Source: Octopus sinensis
Taxonomy: Eukaryota
Length of the DNA stretch: 61,737 nucleotides
Direction: 5' to 3'
Assembly (NCBI RefSeq): GCF_006345805.1
Contig: NW_021832257.1
Coordinates: 1-61,737 of the forward strand
Part shown: piece after piece, positions 14,035 through 28,850 of the stretch
Layout: every line of letters begins with the position of its first letter
Numbering within the stretch: position 1 is the first letter of the stretch
Notes under the pieces: generated by a model
What the model saw: only the letters and a program-made list of their open reading frames with translations
What the model was told of the DNA's origin: nothing
Databases searched by the model: none
Position numbers and translations under genes: made by a program

Positions 14035-14462
14035 CTTTACTCTTTTACTTGTTTCAGTCATTTGACTGCGGACTTGCTGGAGCACTGCTTTTAGTCGAGC
14101 AAATCGACCCCAGGACATATTCTTTGTAAGCCTAGTACTTATTTCTATCAGTCTCTTTTGCTGAACCGCTAAGTTATGGGGGACGTAAACACACCAGCGT
14201 CGGTTGTCAAGTGATGTTGTGGGGGGGGACAAACACAGACACACAAACATATACACATACACATACATATATATACATATGCATATATTTACATATATAT
14301 GACGGATTCTTTCAGTTTCCATCTACCAAATACACTCACAAGGCTTTGGTCGGCCCGAGGCTATAGTAGAAGGCACTTACCCAATGTGCCATGCAGTGAA
14401 TATGAACCCAGAACCATGTGGTCAGTAAGCAAGCTACTTACCACACAGCCACTCCTGCGCCT
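14035..14462 (-). mobile_element. SINE family B, full-length copy
   Basis: Reverse complement of the 8050-8462 element along its length. Confidence 0.85.
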
Positions 14463-15869
14463 ATATACATATATATATATATATATATGATGTGTATATG
14501 TGCATGTGTGATGCATCAGTGTTATTCTATACTTGAATGCACCACATCTATAGCCGAGCAAATCATTAATGCTAACAAGAGAGGGGGAGAGAGAGAGAGA
14601 GAGAGAGAATGAAAAAATGCACCATAATAATCATGAAAATTAAACAATCACATAAAACAATTTTTAAAATGGGGAAAGAAAGAAAAAAAAAAAATGAAGC
14701 TGAAATGAGTCGAGATGAAAGCGTCATTAAGATCATATCGGAAATGTGAAGAAAATTCAAACTAAAAATAATAATTATTATAATACTAATTAACAAACAA
14801 CCACTATAATAATTGTTTCTAATTTGAGCACAATAATAACAATAACAATGCAACAACAATAGTAATCGCAATAATAACCATAATAATCAATATGATGATG
14901 ATGATGGTGGTGATGATGATGGTGATGATGATAATGTCTTTTATTTGCCACAAGGGGCATTAGATGCAAAGGAACATTGTAGAAAGATAAATTAGAAAAA
15001 TGGTTGATGTTCACACAGAATCAATTATGACAGAAATGAATAAAATAAAGGGAAAAGGAACAGCAGTGCTTTGCAGTGTAAAAATAGTATGGAAGGGGCT
15101 GTCCCAACAGTGGTTAAACAAATGCCCAGGGCCAATCAAGGAACCCTTTACCCAACAGCCATGAATACCCTGGCGACCAAGGGCAAATGTAACTCTTTCA
15201 AATGGTGCGTAAATATAATGGTTTGGTGAAGGAGCATGGTTTAGGGGTTACGGTATTTGCCTCACAATCGTAACGTCATTAGTTCAATTCCTGGTGAGAC
15301 ATTATGAGCTTGAGCAAGACGCTTTATTTCACATTGCTCCAGTCCATTCTGCTGGCAAAAATGAGTAGTACTTGCGTTTCAAAGGGCCAGCCTTGTCATA
15401 TTTTGTGTCGCGCTGAATCTCCATGTTAAGGGTACATGTGTCTGTGGAGTGCCCAGCCACATGCACATTAATTTCACAAGCAGGCTGTTCCGCTGATCGG
15501 ATCAACTGGGATCCCTCATCATCGTAACCAACGGAGTGGCAGTAATAGTTTCTGACTTGAACACAAGGTCAGCAATATTAAGGTGGGATGAAATTAGTTG
15601 ACCCCCATCAACCCTAGTGTTTGATCGGTACTTTATTTTATTGAGCGCAAAAAGATAAAAAGTGAAGCTGACTTTAGCAGGATTTGAACTTGGAAGGTAA
15701 GAGTTGGACATGGTGAATAACACTTGGTTCTTCCCCATTTCATCTCCCTCTTGCTAGTCCATCCTCTTTCTCTTACTCTCCGCTCTCACTTGATAGTCCT
15801 CCCCCTTTTTCTTCCCTTTTTCTTTCTCTGGAAATCAATCTTCATATGCTAAACAATAAACAAACTATT

Positions 15870-16959
15870 GACCCCAAATTTCGGCACAACGCCAGCAAGT
15901 TCACAGGGTGGGGGCTAAGTCACTTACATCGATCCCCTCTCTAGCCCCACCAAAGTTCAACTAGTACTTATTTTAATAACCCCGAGAAGATGAAAGGCAA
16001 AGTCAACTTCAGTGGAATTTGAACTCAGAACATTCAACAACAGACGAAATTCCGCCAAGCGTTTTGCCTGTTGTGCTAACGGTTCTGCCAGCTTGCTACC
16101 ATAATAATAAACAAACTATTAAGTTTCCAACAATTGGCCCAATGCCATAACTGCTGAATGAAGGGTACAGACAAATACATTGATCTACCCCATTACACTG
16201 CACTACACAGTTGGCAACACTGATAGAAATGAAAGGTGAAGATGACCCCCAGCATTATTTGAAACTAGGATGTTTAAACTACAATGTGTTTAGTTCAGCA
16301 GCCGAGTGCTCTTCCTAACAAACTATATTCTTTTCTACTCTATAGGCACAAGGCCTGAAATTTTGGGGGAGCGAGCCAGTCGATTATATTGACCCCTGTA
16401 TGCAACTAGTACTTAATTTATCGACCCCGAAAGGATAAAAGGCAAAGTCGACCTCAGTGGAATTTGAACTCAGAAGGTAAAGACAGATGTATTACCGCTA
16501 AGCATTTTGCCCAGTGTGCTAATGTTTCCGCCAGCTTGTCACCTTTCCTAACAAACTATATTCTATTCTATTCTAGGCACAAGGCCCGAAATTTTGGGTG
16601 AGCGAGCCAGTCGATTATATTGACCCCAGTGTGCAACCATTACTTAATTTATCAACACCGAAAGGATAAAAGGCAAAGTCAACCTTGGTGGAACTTGAAC
16701 TCAGACTGTAAAGACAAACGAAATACCTATTTCTTTACTACCCACAAGGGGCTAAACACAGAGAGGACAAACAAGGACAGACAAACGGATTAAGTCGATT
16801 ATATCGACTCCAGTGCGTAACTGGTACTTATTTAATCGACCCCGAAAGGACGAAAGGCAAAGTTGGCCTCGGCGGAATTTGAACTCAGAACATAACGGCA
16901 GACAAAATACCACTATACATTTCGCCCGGCGTGCTAACAATTCTACCAGCTCACCGCCT
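15870..16959 (-). mobile_element. Cluster of SINE family A copies with repeated flanking sequences
   Basis: Copies at 15870-16105, 16331-16544 and 16564-16959 (dimer). Flanks aataaacaaactatt x2 and ttcctaacaaactatatt x3. Confidence 0.85.
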
Positions 16960-17276
16960 TTCCTAACAAACTATATTGTATTACACCATCACAGGCACAA
17001 AGCCAAAAATTTAGACTCGGTTTATTTTCTCAATACTGAAATAATGAATAACAGTGTTGACCACAGCTGGATTTGAACTCACATTCTAAGGAACTCTTAC
17101 TATGGTGGGTGTACTGGTGTACTATCAGTCATTGTTAGCTTTCGGTAGATCAGTACACTCACCACGGTAAGAAGAGTCCCCCTACCTCACCCCACTATCT
17201 ACTTCCTGCATATTAAGTAAGATTACACATAACATCCTCAACTGGTCTTACAGCTGTCTGTTAGTGTATCTGTACC

Positions 17277-17326
<50 letters not shown>

Positions 17327-19125
17327 GTATGTGTGTATTTTCATTTATATTTCAAGAACTTGTACTTCTAATGGTTTAGTCAGAGGTAGCAGGGCAACAA
17401 TGACGATGACCTTTGCAGAGTCTCTGAAACAGGGTGAGGGGTGGGAAAGGAGGAAAGAGAAACCATGACTCATGAGGTACAATCCATCGGATGGACCTGC
17501 GCTGACCTCATTCAAATCTTCATGCAACAGGTGACGTTTTATCGATTCACCGGTTACTCCTGACATGTTTTATTTTGTCCAATCAGAGACCATAGTAGTA
17601 GTCTTGCAAACATTTTGTCTGTTGAGATAGAAGCCAAAGCTGTTTCTGTCAGAATCTTCCCTCACTTTGGTTTCGCCTTGCCGGGACAGAATGACCTACG
17701 GCTGTCTTTCCACAGATATTTCAGGAAGTAAACTTGAAGTTGTGAACTGGGGGGTGCATGTGCACCTCCTAAAATTTTGGGGGTACCAAATCAAAATTTG
17801 CACCCCTACTTACTTTGCTCAGGTTTAGGAAAAAGTGCATAAAAAGGTGATCTGTAAAAGATCAAAGAACAAAATAAAAAAAAAATAATAAAATAAGACC
17901 TTGTTTGCATGACCTAAGCAAATTTTGTTCCTGAGTCAGTGGAAGCAAAACTCAACAGAACTGACTCACTTTTTCATGTGTCCCTTTCCATAGGCATCTA
18001 TGAAGCGAACCTTAAGGGGACAGGATCAACTCTTTACAGATGTCCCTTGCGACAGACGTTGATGAAGCAAATGTCAAGGAACAAAAATTAGCTCTTTTCA
18101 AGTATCCTTTCCCAAAGACACTTAAGTAGCAAATCCAAAAGAAGGGAATTAACTCTTTTTTCAGGTGTCTTTTACCTGAAGCAATTCTTATGAAGCAGAT
18201 TCAGCTCTCTTTTAACCCGCCTCAGATCACAACATACATTAAGCTGAATGAGAAATCCTTTTGCCAATTGCTATTTTAACCACTTGTGAAACACATGTGT
18301 TCTCTTTTCCTTTTCACCAGATTTCTTCTGCGCAGTCTTCATCTAACCAATCCCATTTCATGCGCAAAGTCTGAGTCAACCCAAGGATCTGAGAAGGGAG
18401 GGAGAGAGAGAAATAGGCAGGGGGGGGTGGATAGGGGTGACACTTAAACAAAGTGCCACACAGTAGGACTGAACTCTGAGCTATGATTTACAACGCAAAC
18501 TTCTTAACCACAGAGACAACACTTTGGACGGTCACAGCTAATGTTATTCCACAGCAAATAATCAATTCAAAAACAACAAACCCACCCCCCAAAAAAAAAT
18601 ATGAGGTAAGAGGAAGAGAAGGACAAAAGTTCAATATCCAAATGAAAATATAACTAAATAAAAGAAACAAACAAAAACAAAAACAAATGGCTACTCTCTA
18701 TTTCATAATAGATAAAGTACATGATAATTATGATTATTATTGTTATTATCATAACAATTAACAGTACAAAGATAATGACCATTCCTTCTAGAATAACTAA
18801 AGCCACCTATGTACACCCATATACGAACTGACAAGGTTACCTGAGTAGAAACAATAGCAAACAGTATACAATAGACACTGCTGTAATTATTCAAGTGCAC
18901 TACGATCACAAAATATAATGCAACTCCCACCCTTCCACCCACTTTTTTTTTACCTAGAAAAAAAAAAATCAGTAATATAGTTTATTGTATTATCTTTATA
19001 TTTTATTCTTTTTTTTTTGTTTTTCTTTTACTTTATGAGTATAATGCTATCTTGCAACGTGGTACTTTGTATGAAATTCTGTATATCTTCTTTCGTTTTA
19101 ACTCATACATGCAAACACACAGGGA

Positions 19126-19159
<34 letters not shown>

Positions 19160-19201
19160 GGTGTGTATTTCTGTTTTTGCATGTGTGTGTGTGTGTGGAG
19201 A

Positions 19202-19237
<36 letters not shown>

Positions 19238-19689
19238 CAGGCTCTGATGAAGCTATAGGTGCTCAACTATGTGCGCTTAACATCTGGTAGCAGAAACAGA
19301 TGTAAGTCAATGAAGTCCATGACATAATTTTCTATTTCCTTATTTTATTTTCATATATATCTATATATAAATACATGAATAGTAAGCACAGGTGGCTGTG
19401 TAGTAACAAGTTAGTGTTTCCCAACCATATGGTTCTAGGTTCAGTCCCAGTGGAGAGTAGTCACCTTGGGCAAATGTCTTCTACTATAGTCCTGAGCTGA
19501 CCAAAACCTTGTGAGTGAATTTGGCAGTTGGAAATTGAAAGAAGCCCCATCATATATATGTATGTGTGTGTACATGTGCATTTGTATGTGCTTGCCATGT
19601 CCTAATGAGAGCTGTAAAATGAGTGTCACTGTCACACAAGCAGGGTCATGTAAAAAGGTGTCTGGCCATAGCAACTGTTATTTTAGTTG

Positions 19690-20315
19690 GAAGCAGGTGT
19701 GTAACTGGTACTTATTTCCTTGACCCCTCCCCCACTACCAAAAGGATGAAGGACAAAGTCGACCCCAATGGAATTTGGATTCAGAACATAAAGACAGACA
19801 AAACACCGCTAAGCATTTTGCCTGGCATGCTAACAATTCTGCCAGCTCACCACCTCAATAATAATAATAATAATAATAATAATGATAGTAATAATAATAA
19901 TAATATTAATTACTATTTATTTATTTATTGTCCACAAGGGGCTAAACATAGAGGGGACAAACAAGGACAGACAATTACATCGACCCCAGTGATTAACTGG
20001 TACTTATTTGATTGCTACCGAAAGGATGAAAGGCGAAGTTGACCTCGGTGGAATTAGAACTCATAACAATAATAATAATAATAATATAATAATAATGATG
20101 ATGATTCCAAATTTTGCCACAAGGAAGCAATTTTGGTGGGAGGGGATGAGTTGACTACACTGACCCCAGTGTTCAACTGGTACTTATTTTATTGACCCCC
20201 AAAAGGATGAAAGGCAAAGTCAACTTCAGCAGAATTCAAACTCAGAACATAGTGACCGGCGAAATACTGCTAAGCATTTTGTCCAGCACGCTAACGATTC
20301 TGCCAGCACACCATC
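19690..20315 (-). mobile_element. Three tandem SINE family A copies separated by (AAT)n
   Basis: aactggtactt...aaaggatgaagg/aaaggc..agtc occurs three times. Confidence 0.8.
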
Positions 20316-20814
20316 TCAATAATAATAATAATAATAATAATAATATTAATAACAACAATAATAATAGTGGTGGTGGTGGTGACGATGATGATGACGATTA
20401 CAATGACGATGACAATGACGATGGTGATTACAGGTATTTGAAAATGCAAAAGGTACCTAAGTCCATTCCACCTCAGCTAGTTTCCGGCTTATCTCAGGCC
20501 CAAGCCCGATTGCCGATCACGATTAGATAAGCTGCTTATCTGTACGAAACAATTGCATTTTTTTCCTCCTTCTTCTTCTTCTGTTTCACTCACACAGCCA
20601 CAACCCCTCTACTCCCCCCCCACCTTTCCCCTCACTCTTCTCCTCCACCTCCACCTCCGCTTCGCCCTTTCTACCATGCTGCCGGTATACCGTTAGTATC
20701 TTTAAACGAGTCATTAACCAACTTCTGACACCTTCCAACCAATCAGGCTTGAATAGATTCAACTATTTATGGAACAGAGAATGAAAGAGCAGCGATAACA
20801 ACATTAATAACAAG

Positions 20815-20847
<33 letters not shown>

Positions 20848-22145
20848 CAATGATAATAAGGATGATGATGATGATGATGATAATTGCAATAACCTTGCTG
20901 ATAATATGATGATAGTGCTAATAATAGCACTAATACAATAGATCTATTATAGGTAAGAATGAATTTGTGGTTGACTTTCACTTTATCATTTTTTTTTCTC
21001 TCAAGGCCATTGCAGATGCATGTGTGTGTGTGAGTGTACCTATATGCTTAGATATGTATGAAGATATATATGTCCGCATATACATGAGGCATGTGGTTTG
21101 GTGGTTAGTGGTGCTGCACTCGTGGTCGTAAGACAGTGGTTTCAATTCCTGGACTGGGCATTGTGTCCTTGCGTGAAACAATTCATTTCAAGTGGCTCCA
21201 CTTCAATCAGGGAGCAAAAATGAGTAATACTATGACAGGCCAGTGTCCTATCCAGAGAGGAAGCATATATGTCCCAGAATCTGAAAAGTGGCCTTATGAG
21301 CCTATGGCTCAGGAAGGACATGCGGTCCCCCATGATAAACATACATGCATTCAATCCAGGATGTAGAGTATGTTGGTTTTGCAATACAAGTTTCATACAT
21401 CTTTTATCACTAGGTTGACTTGATTAACACAAAAAGAAAAAAAAGAGGCATTCACTTTGAACACACACACACATTTGTGTGTGGGTGTGTGTGTGTGTGT
21501 GTGTGTGTAAAGTACGAAGTCAATGAGAGAGAGGGAGAGCTTCTGATGAATTGTGCCAGTGGTTCAATACCGCAGTTAAATGTCTTTTGGAAATGCAGAA
21601 TCCTTATCAAGAGTTCTCGAGAACAAAGAACATAGCCTATTTTGATATGCTCAAAGAAATAGCCAAATCTCCCTCAACAAACTCTACAAAATCTCACCTC
21701 CATTTTAGTTTATTTTGAAAATATTGAAGCATATATAAAAAGAGATTAACATTATGAAAATGGTGTTTGAAACATAAAAGCATTTAATTTGATAGACAGA
21801 AAATAGCAACTGCCTTGATGTAATTGGTAGCACGTTTATCTGAGTCACATAAATTGCATGGTTCAAGATCCATGGGTGACATTCTACGTTTTTAACATGT
21901 GGGTTCAAGACCCACACAGCATACTGCCCTTCTTCAATCCATTGGGTTTTCACTCCAAATTATTATATGCAGTAGCATTGTTGGAGAAGACAAGGGTGGC
22001 AATTTGATCTGGGTGATGTTTTTATGGGGTGCAACACTTTCGGGTCTGCTGTATAATCTATATAGAGGGCAGGATGAGGAAACTCAATGGCTACCTCAGG
22101 CAGCCCACACTTAAGCTACACTGCTGGTTATAAGCAATTATTTAT

Positions 22146-22935
22146 CCCTTTAGCATTTAAACCAGCTGTCATCATCATCATCGCCTTCATCATTTAACAT
22201 CCGCTTTCCATGCTAGCATGGGTTGGATGATTTCACTGAGGTCTGGCGAACCAGATGGCTGCACCAGACTCCAATCTGATTAGGCAGAGTTTCTACAGCT
22301 GGATGCCCTTCCTAATGCCAACAACTCCAAGAGTGTAGTGGGTGCTTTTACGTGCCACTGGCACGAGGGACAGTCAGGCGGTACTGGCAACAGCGATGTT
22401 CAAATGGTGCTTTTTATGTGCCACCAGCACATGAGCCTGTCCAGCGGCACTGGCAATGACCTCGCTCAAATGTTTTTTCACGTGCCACCAGCACAAGTGC
22501 CAGTAAGGTGATGCAGGTAACAATCACAGTCGAATGGTGCTTTTATGTGCCATCGGCACGGAGGCCAGCTTGTTGCTCTGGCAATGATCACGCTCGTATG
22601 GTATTCTTGCCGCTCCACTAGCATGGATGCCAGTCATCGAATTTGATTTCGATTTCGATTTCACTTGCCTCAACAGGTCTTCGGAAGCAGAGTTTAGTGT
22701 CCAAATAAGGAAAGGTATGCATAAGTGGACTGGTTACACTCCTGACATATTTTACTAGTTTTATGCTCAAAGCAGCCAGATCTAGCCTCTCACACGTCCC
22801 CTACAATTATCATTCTAAAATCATAAATAATCACTGCTTTGAAATTACAAAGCTATGAGATAGTGCATGATTTATTGAAAAACAATATGAACAAATAAGC
22901 ATTATGTTTGATAGAGTAATCTGGATGCTAAAGAA
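22146..22935. mobile_element. piggyBac-like MITE (second family) interrupted by an RTE-tailed SINE (~22170-22750)
   Basis: CCCTTTAGCATTT ... GATGCTAAAGAA|TTAA ends. Homologous pieces recur at ~43530-43678 and ~53134-53282. Confidence 0.6.
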
Positions 22936-25394
22936 TTAAAACTGAATTTACTCCGAGACATCATTAATAAAGGCTTACTCCCAACGCCATAATTCTATGT
23001 GGGGGATCTATGAAGTTACAGCTTAATAATTACTTGAAACACACAACAGAGAGTAAATATTAAATATTTTTTTCCATTAACCCTTTTGATATTAAACCTG
23101 CCTTGAGACCACCCCGCTGTGTTTGTAATGCAAACTCTGCTGCTTTTAAAGGGGCTCTAATTTAAATGAAGATATTCCAGCATTTTTTTTTTTGTGTGTG
23201 TATACATTTCTTGTTAACTTATGTTTCGAATGCCAGCTTGAATAATGAGGAAGTTCTGATATTGTAACGAAATCCCTATGAAATTCTTGATTATTATTAT
23301 TATTAAAAAAAAAAAAAAAAAAAAAAACTTAATTAAATATCACATAATGGAAGTTGTGTAATATCATTAGAAATATGCTTCACGAAATATTTAATCAGGT
23401 TACTTTGGCATCGCGGGTGCAACAGGAGCAGAGCTGAATAAACATCAATGGCATCAACAACGGCGCTTTAAGCACAGCATCAAAAACAGACCAAATAAAA
23501 CAAAATCGTGTGAAGATAAAAATTCCAGATAGAAATGCAAATTTCTTTTCCTAGTAGTGGAGGAGGAGGTGGGGGAGAAAAGAGGGATTTGTTTGGGAGG
23601 AGAGAGAGGGGTGTTATATGTTTTTATGAACAAACAAGACAGACCTGGTTACTGAGAAAAAGACAAAAAAAAAATGAAAACCACAAGATATTTTTTGGTG
23701 AATCATTCTTCAACTATTCTAGCACTGCCTTTAATGACTAACTTATGATGACTCCAGTTTTTTTACCAGTTAATAAATAAATAAATAAATAAATAAAATG
23801 GTAATTTTGTTTAAAGGAGGCACAGAAAATGGGGTGTATTTTTCTAATTTAATTAAAAACAAAACTTATTTTTTAGCAAGCAGAAATATATATTCAATGC
23901 CATAAAATCGGTCTCAGTCAATAATAGACATCCATTCCAACAACCCTGGAGGGGCACAAATGTAGATGCAGCACTCAGCTTTGTCACAGTCATCTCTGTT
24001 TAACCCCAGGCCAAAGCTAATGGAACAGACTTCATAAAGCAATGACATTCCAACACTAACCATCCATCATGTGTATTAGTATATGAGGGACTTTCAAGGA
24101 CTAATGGTTGATATAACCAACATTATTTAAGGGAGATGTGCTTACTAGTTCCAGCAGGCCAAGCGACCTCCATCCAGGTTCCCTTGTTGGCTCCTTGATA
24201 TTGTTAAGGGCTGGGAGTAGATGTCACTACAGTAAGCAGTGGCCACATTGCAAAATTGACAAGTAAAAGGTCAGCTACGAAAGGACTCTTCAAGCTCTTG
24301 GGAGTTTTGGGGCAGGAATGAAGAGTTCACTCTAAACTCACACGTATTTACAAAACTATATACTGGCACACATTCACACATGTATACACAAACACAACAT
24401 GCAAACTCAGTGGTTAGAGTGTTGGGCACACAAACATATGGTCACGAGTTCAATTCCAGGACCAGGTAGTACACTGTACCTTGAACAAGGCACTTCATTT
24501 CACATTGCACTAGGCTGCTTAGCTGTAATGAGCACCGACTGGGAGTTCATACAACCCTATCTCCCCCAAGTTGTCTTGTCCTGGGTGACCACTGAGCCGT
24601 GGGTGAGGTAAGTGTTAAGAAGGTAGCTATGTCAGCTTGTGACAACACAGGGCCCTAAAACAATTTGCAAAAGCATGGTACATGCTACCAAGACATACTT
24701 GGTTGCATGGTGGCATGGTATGTTTTATCATGAATTTTTTCCTTCAACTTGTTTTAGTCATTGTATTTCACACACACATACACACTCACACACACACACA
24801 CACAGGGGGTTCACACAGTTTCTGCTGCCTATCAAATCACTCACAAGGCAGTGGTTCTGCCTAGGGTTAAAGGAGAAGGCACTTACTGAAGGTGCCATGT
24901 TGTGGAACTGAAACCCCTAGATTAGTCGATCTGTAATCCCACATGTTGACTGCATTGATTACATTAAGTTCAACCAGACAGGTACTGAGTCTTCGCAGCT
25001 CTAACGCATGTTAAACTCAAATCTGTTACACACACATACAAATATATTTAGTCTTTCAAAGCATCAGAGGCTTTCCTCAAGTAGGTGATAGCTTCTGTTA
25101 CCTAGGTGACCTGTCTCAGCTGATAGCTGTACCAAGCAAGTCATTATCAACCAGCATTGCATTGGCTTCTTGTCAGGAAAGCAGAAAGACTGCTGTCTTT
25201 TGTACATTAGTGACACACACACACACACACACACACTCTCAAACACACACATACGTGTATGTGTGTGTGTGTGTATGTGTGTGTGTGTACATTGCGTGAA
25301 CAAATAGATGTATGACTGCTACTGTTATATTTAGAGAAGTTCTCTTATATTCACACACATATATACACATACATACACACACACACATATATAC

Positions 25395-25437
<43 letters not shown>

Positions 25438-27356
25438 CATGGATACATATTTATATATGTGTGTGTATGCATATTCATATCATAATCAGCATCATTTAAC
25501 ATCTGTTTACCATGATCGTATGATTTCTAGATGCCCTTCTTAACACCAATATCTATCCAACTTTTTATCTATCTATCTAGCCATCTATCTAGCTATCTCT
25601 ATGCGCATATGTCTGTGTGTATAAACACATACATCCATGTGCACACGCTCACACACACACACACACACACACAAAAGAGCTTTCAGTCTTTACTTAACAA
25701 GTCTCTACCACATCCATCAAGAAACCTCTGTTTCCTTCTCCAAGACCTAAATCACTGCTCCAGCTACCCTTCCAAACCCTAACTGGACCAAGCACAAAAA
25801 AGTCACAAGAACCCACCCTCTACCAAAGTCCTTATCCCTCCACATGCCAAATACAGTCCCCAGAGCCCTTCATAATTACGGCTCTTGTGTGTCTATGTCT
25901 ATGCCCATTGTATATTATTTTTCCAAGTTCACCATCAACCCAAGATTCAGAACCTTTTTTTCAGTTTCGCTTCTGAAGTCAGACAATACCGTAAGACTAA
26001 GGCACTACTTCATGACCACAATGTTGTTTTGGGAACATGAGCGCTTCCAATAATTCTAAGTGCACCTTCCAGTCATTAGTGCCTAAAAGCCTAAGCCTCA
26101 GCTTTTTGTTTTCAACATTGTTTATTGTTAATCTCTTTGTGTTGCTCTTTTGTGCTTTTCATGTAGAAAACAGGATCATATTGGTTCCCACAGCACTGGT
26201 ACCATGACATTGGGGTTGTGATGTTGTTGTTCTTAATCCATCAGCAAGAACACTCAATAGTTTGTGCGAGTGTATGTGTGTGTGTGTGTACGTGTGCATG
26301 TATATACAGTGTCATCAATATTACCTTATAAAAGAATCAATGTGAAACCAATGGTACCATTCTTGTCAATTATATGCCATATCCAGTAATAAACTGCCCA
26401 TCATCATCATCCAGTGTTTCAAATCTGGGTTTTGTTCCCGTTAGCAGGGGGCAGGGGAGTGGCTGGATCTACCATAGCAACCGAGGTAGGCAGGTGCAGC
26501 CCACCCCGACCTTTGGGCTGCCTGGTGTCCATTCTCCTTTGGTATCATGGAGGCTTTTCTGGAGCTGGATTTTCTATGGGGAGCATGCCCTTCCTTACCC
26601 ACCAACCTCAGTTTCTAGATATGAGTGGAGTGGTCCCGATACCAAGGCCTCTACGATGATTTTTAAGAAATGTGGTGGAAAACGAAATATTAAAATACGT
26701 CTGCCATATTAATCATTATGAGCAACTAACTGATAAGATATATATATATAGTGTTGGTGACAGGAAGAGCATTTGGCTGTAGAAAGCTCCTCAACAAATC
26801 TCTACTCAAACTTACGTCAGCATAGAAAAAAAGCAGACAAAAGAGATATAATGTAGATATGTACATGAATATGTATATGCATATAGAGTGATATATTCAC
26901 TCCATGTAAACATATGTACACATATACACACACAAATGTACCCACCACTTACACCGTTTCCATTCTAGCAAATCCTTCCAATTTTCCTCAAATCAGATAT
27001 AATTTGTAAAGAACTAGTTGCACAAACTGAAGGAAAAAAAAAATCTCTTCAGCCGGAATAAATTTATATATATATAAAAAAAAAAGAAAAAACTTTCTTT
27101 CCTGTAGATTTTTTTTTTTGCATATTTAAAAAATGTTCACTATATATCTATCTATCTATCTATCGCTATCTATCTATATATCTATCTATCTATTTATCTA
27201 TCTGTTTATCTATCTGCCTATCTTTTCTATCTCAAAACAAGCTGTCTCAGCTGACAGCAATACCAAGCCATTATCAACCAGCATTGCTTGGGCTTCCAGC
27301 CAAGAAAGCAGACAGACTGCTGCTATCTTTTCTACATTAGTGACACATAAGCACAT

Positions 27357-27390
<34 letters not shown>

Positions 27391-28850
27391 TCATATATTG
27401 ACATATCCACACACACACATACATACACATTTATACATATTCCCTGCTTGTTATATCGCCTTCACCCAATTAACAAAACCCATTTGTGACAGCAGTCATG
27501 TCACCTAGATACACTACTAACATACATACATACATACATACATACATACATACATACACACACACACATATACATACACACACACACACACATATATACC
27601 TAACACAATGAGCAACAATGAGCAAGATTTCTTGCTCCAGTCCCTCCATGCTTCCATCCAGCTGAGCATCAATCGTACAGCACTCTCAGTCAAGCATAGG
27701 TGAATCGCATGTGGTGAAGTGTAACAATTTACATAAATCACACACACCCTCTCTCTCCTCCGGGGGTCAGTTTACACTCGAATGCCCACCAGCGATAGAA
27801 GCAGTTACAGCTGAGGTGGGCAAGTTACACCCAATCAGAGCTCAACAGTTGGTGGGACAGTGGTGAATGAGGTGGGAGTGCATCTCTGGCAGATCAGTCA
27901 GCCAACATAGAAGGTTCTCTCGTATGATAGTTATGATGTTACTATTGTGATGGTTTATGCCCAAATCAAAGCTGAACCATTAATGATGATGATGATCATC
28001 ATCACCGTTGATCCACAGGACTGCATCATGCTCCATGTCAGATTTGGCATGGGTCTTCATGGGCAGATGCGCTTCCTAATGCCAATCTCTTTTACTGTAA
28101 GACCATTTTGCTTTAATTTCTGCGTATATTTAATCTAGGAATGCACAATCAATTATGTTCTTCAGGATGCTAGTGCATGATGCAGAGGGCACAGGATGCA
28201 ACCATCTGGACACTGGTGCCTCATAGAGGAAGATTGGTGGCAGGGTCAGGTGGAAGGTGGCTTTGATAAAGCAACGGAAACATCTAGAAATTAAAAGAGG
28301 GAACATTAGAATTTTCTGTCTCCCTCAAAAACTTGCACTAGGTCCCAAGATCAAACTATACAAGATCTTAACTACAGTTAGAGGAAAGATCTAAATCCCG
28401 AACACTTCTGGCACCTGTATAACGACCTGGAAGCGGGTGAGTGGGCAGGTGTTTGACCTCAGCAGGATTTGAACTGAGAGGGATGAAGGCCAAAGCGGTC
28501 CCTTGCAAGAATCAAGCTCAGACCATAAAGAGCAGTGTGAAATACTGCAAGACATTTTGTCCAATGTTCCAAAGATTCGGCCAGTTTGCTGCTTTTCTGA
28601 TTTAGGGCACAAGACCAGTAACTTCGAAGGGAGAGGAGATTAATCAACACCATTGAGCCCCCCCCCCCCCCGATACTTGACTGGTACTTTATTTCATTGA
28701 GTACCAGCAGTTGAACACTTGGTACTCTATCCGGTATTTTAACTGAATCCAGAAAGATTTGAATGATGTACAGGAAAGTATGTCAACAAATGTCACAAGT
28801 TGTTTGCGATAATAACAGTGACAGGGTGATAATAGCAGAGCAAGACTTAC

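Larger units (their letters stand above)
1..28850 (-). other. Probable intron downstream of the microexon (>28.8 kb; HLH exon not seen in window)
   Basis: Donor gtaagt at 28850. A manual search for a phase-2 exon encoding RAHLR/RHTT/KAK found none. Confidence 0.6.
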
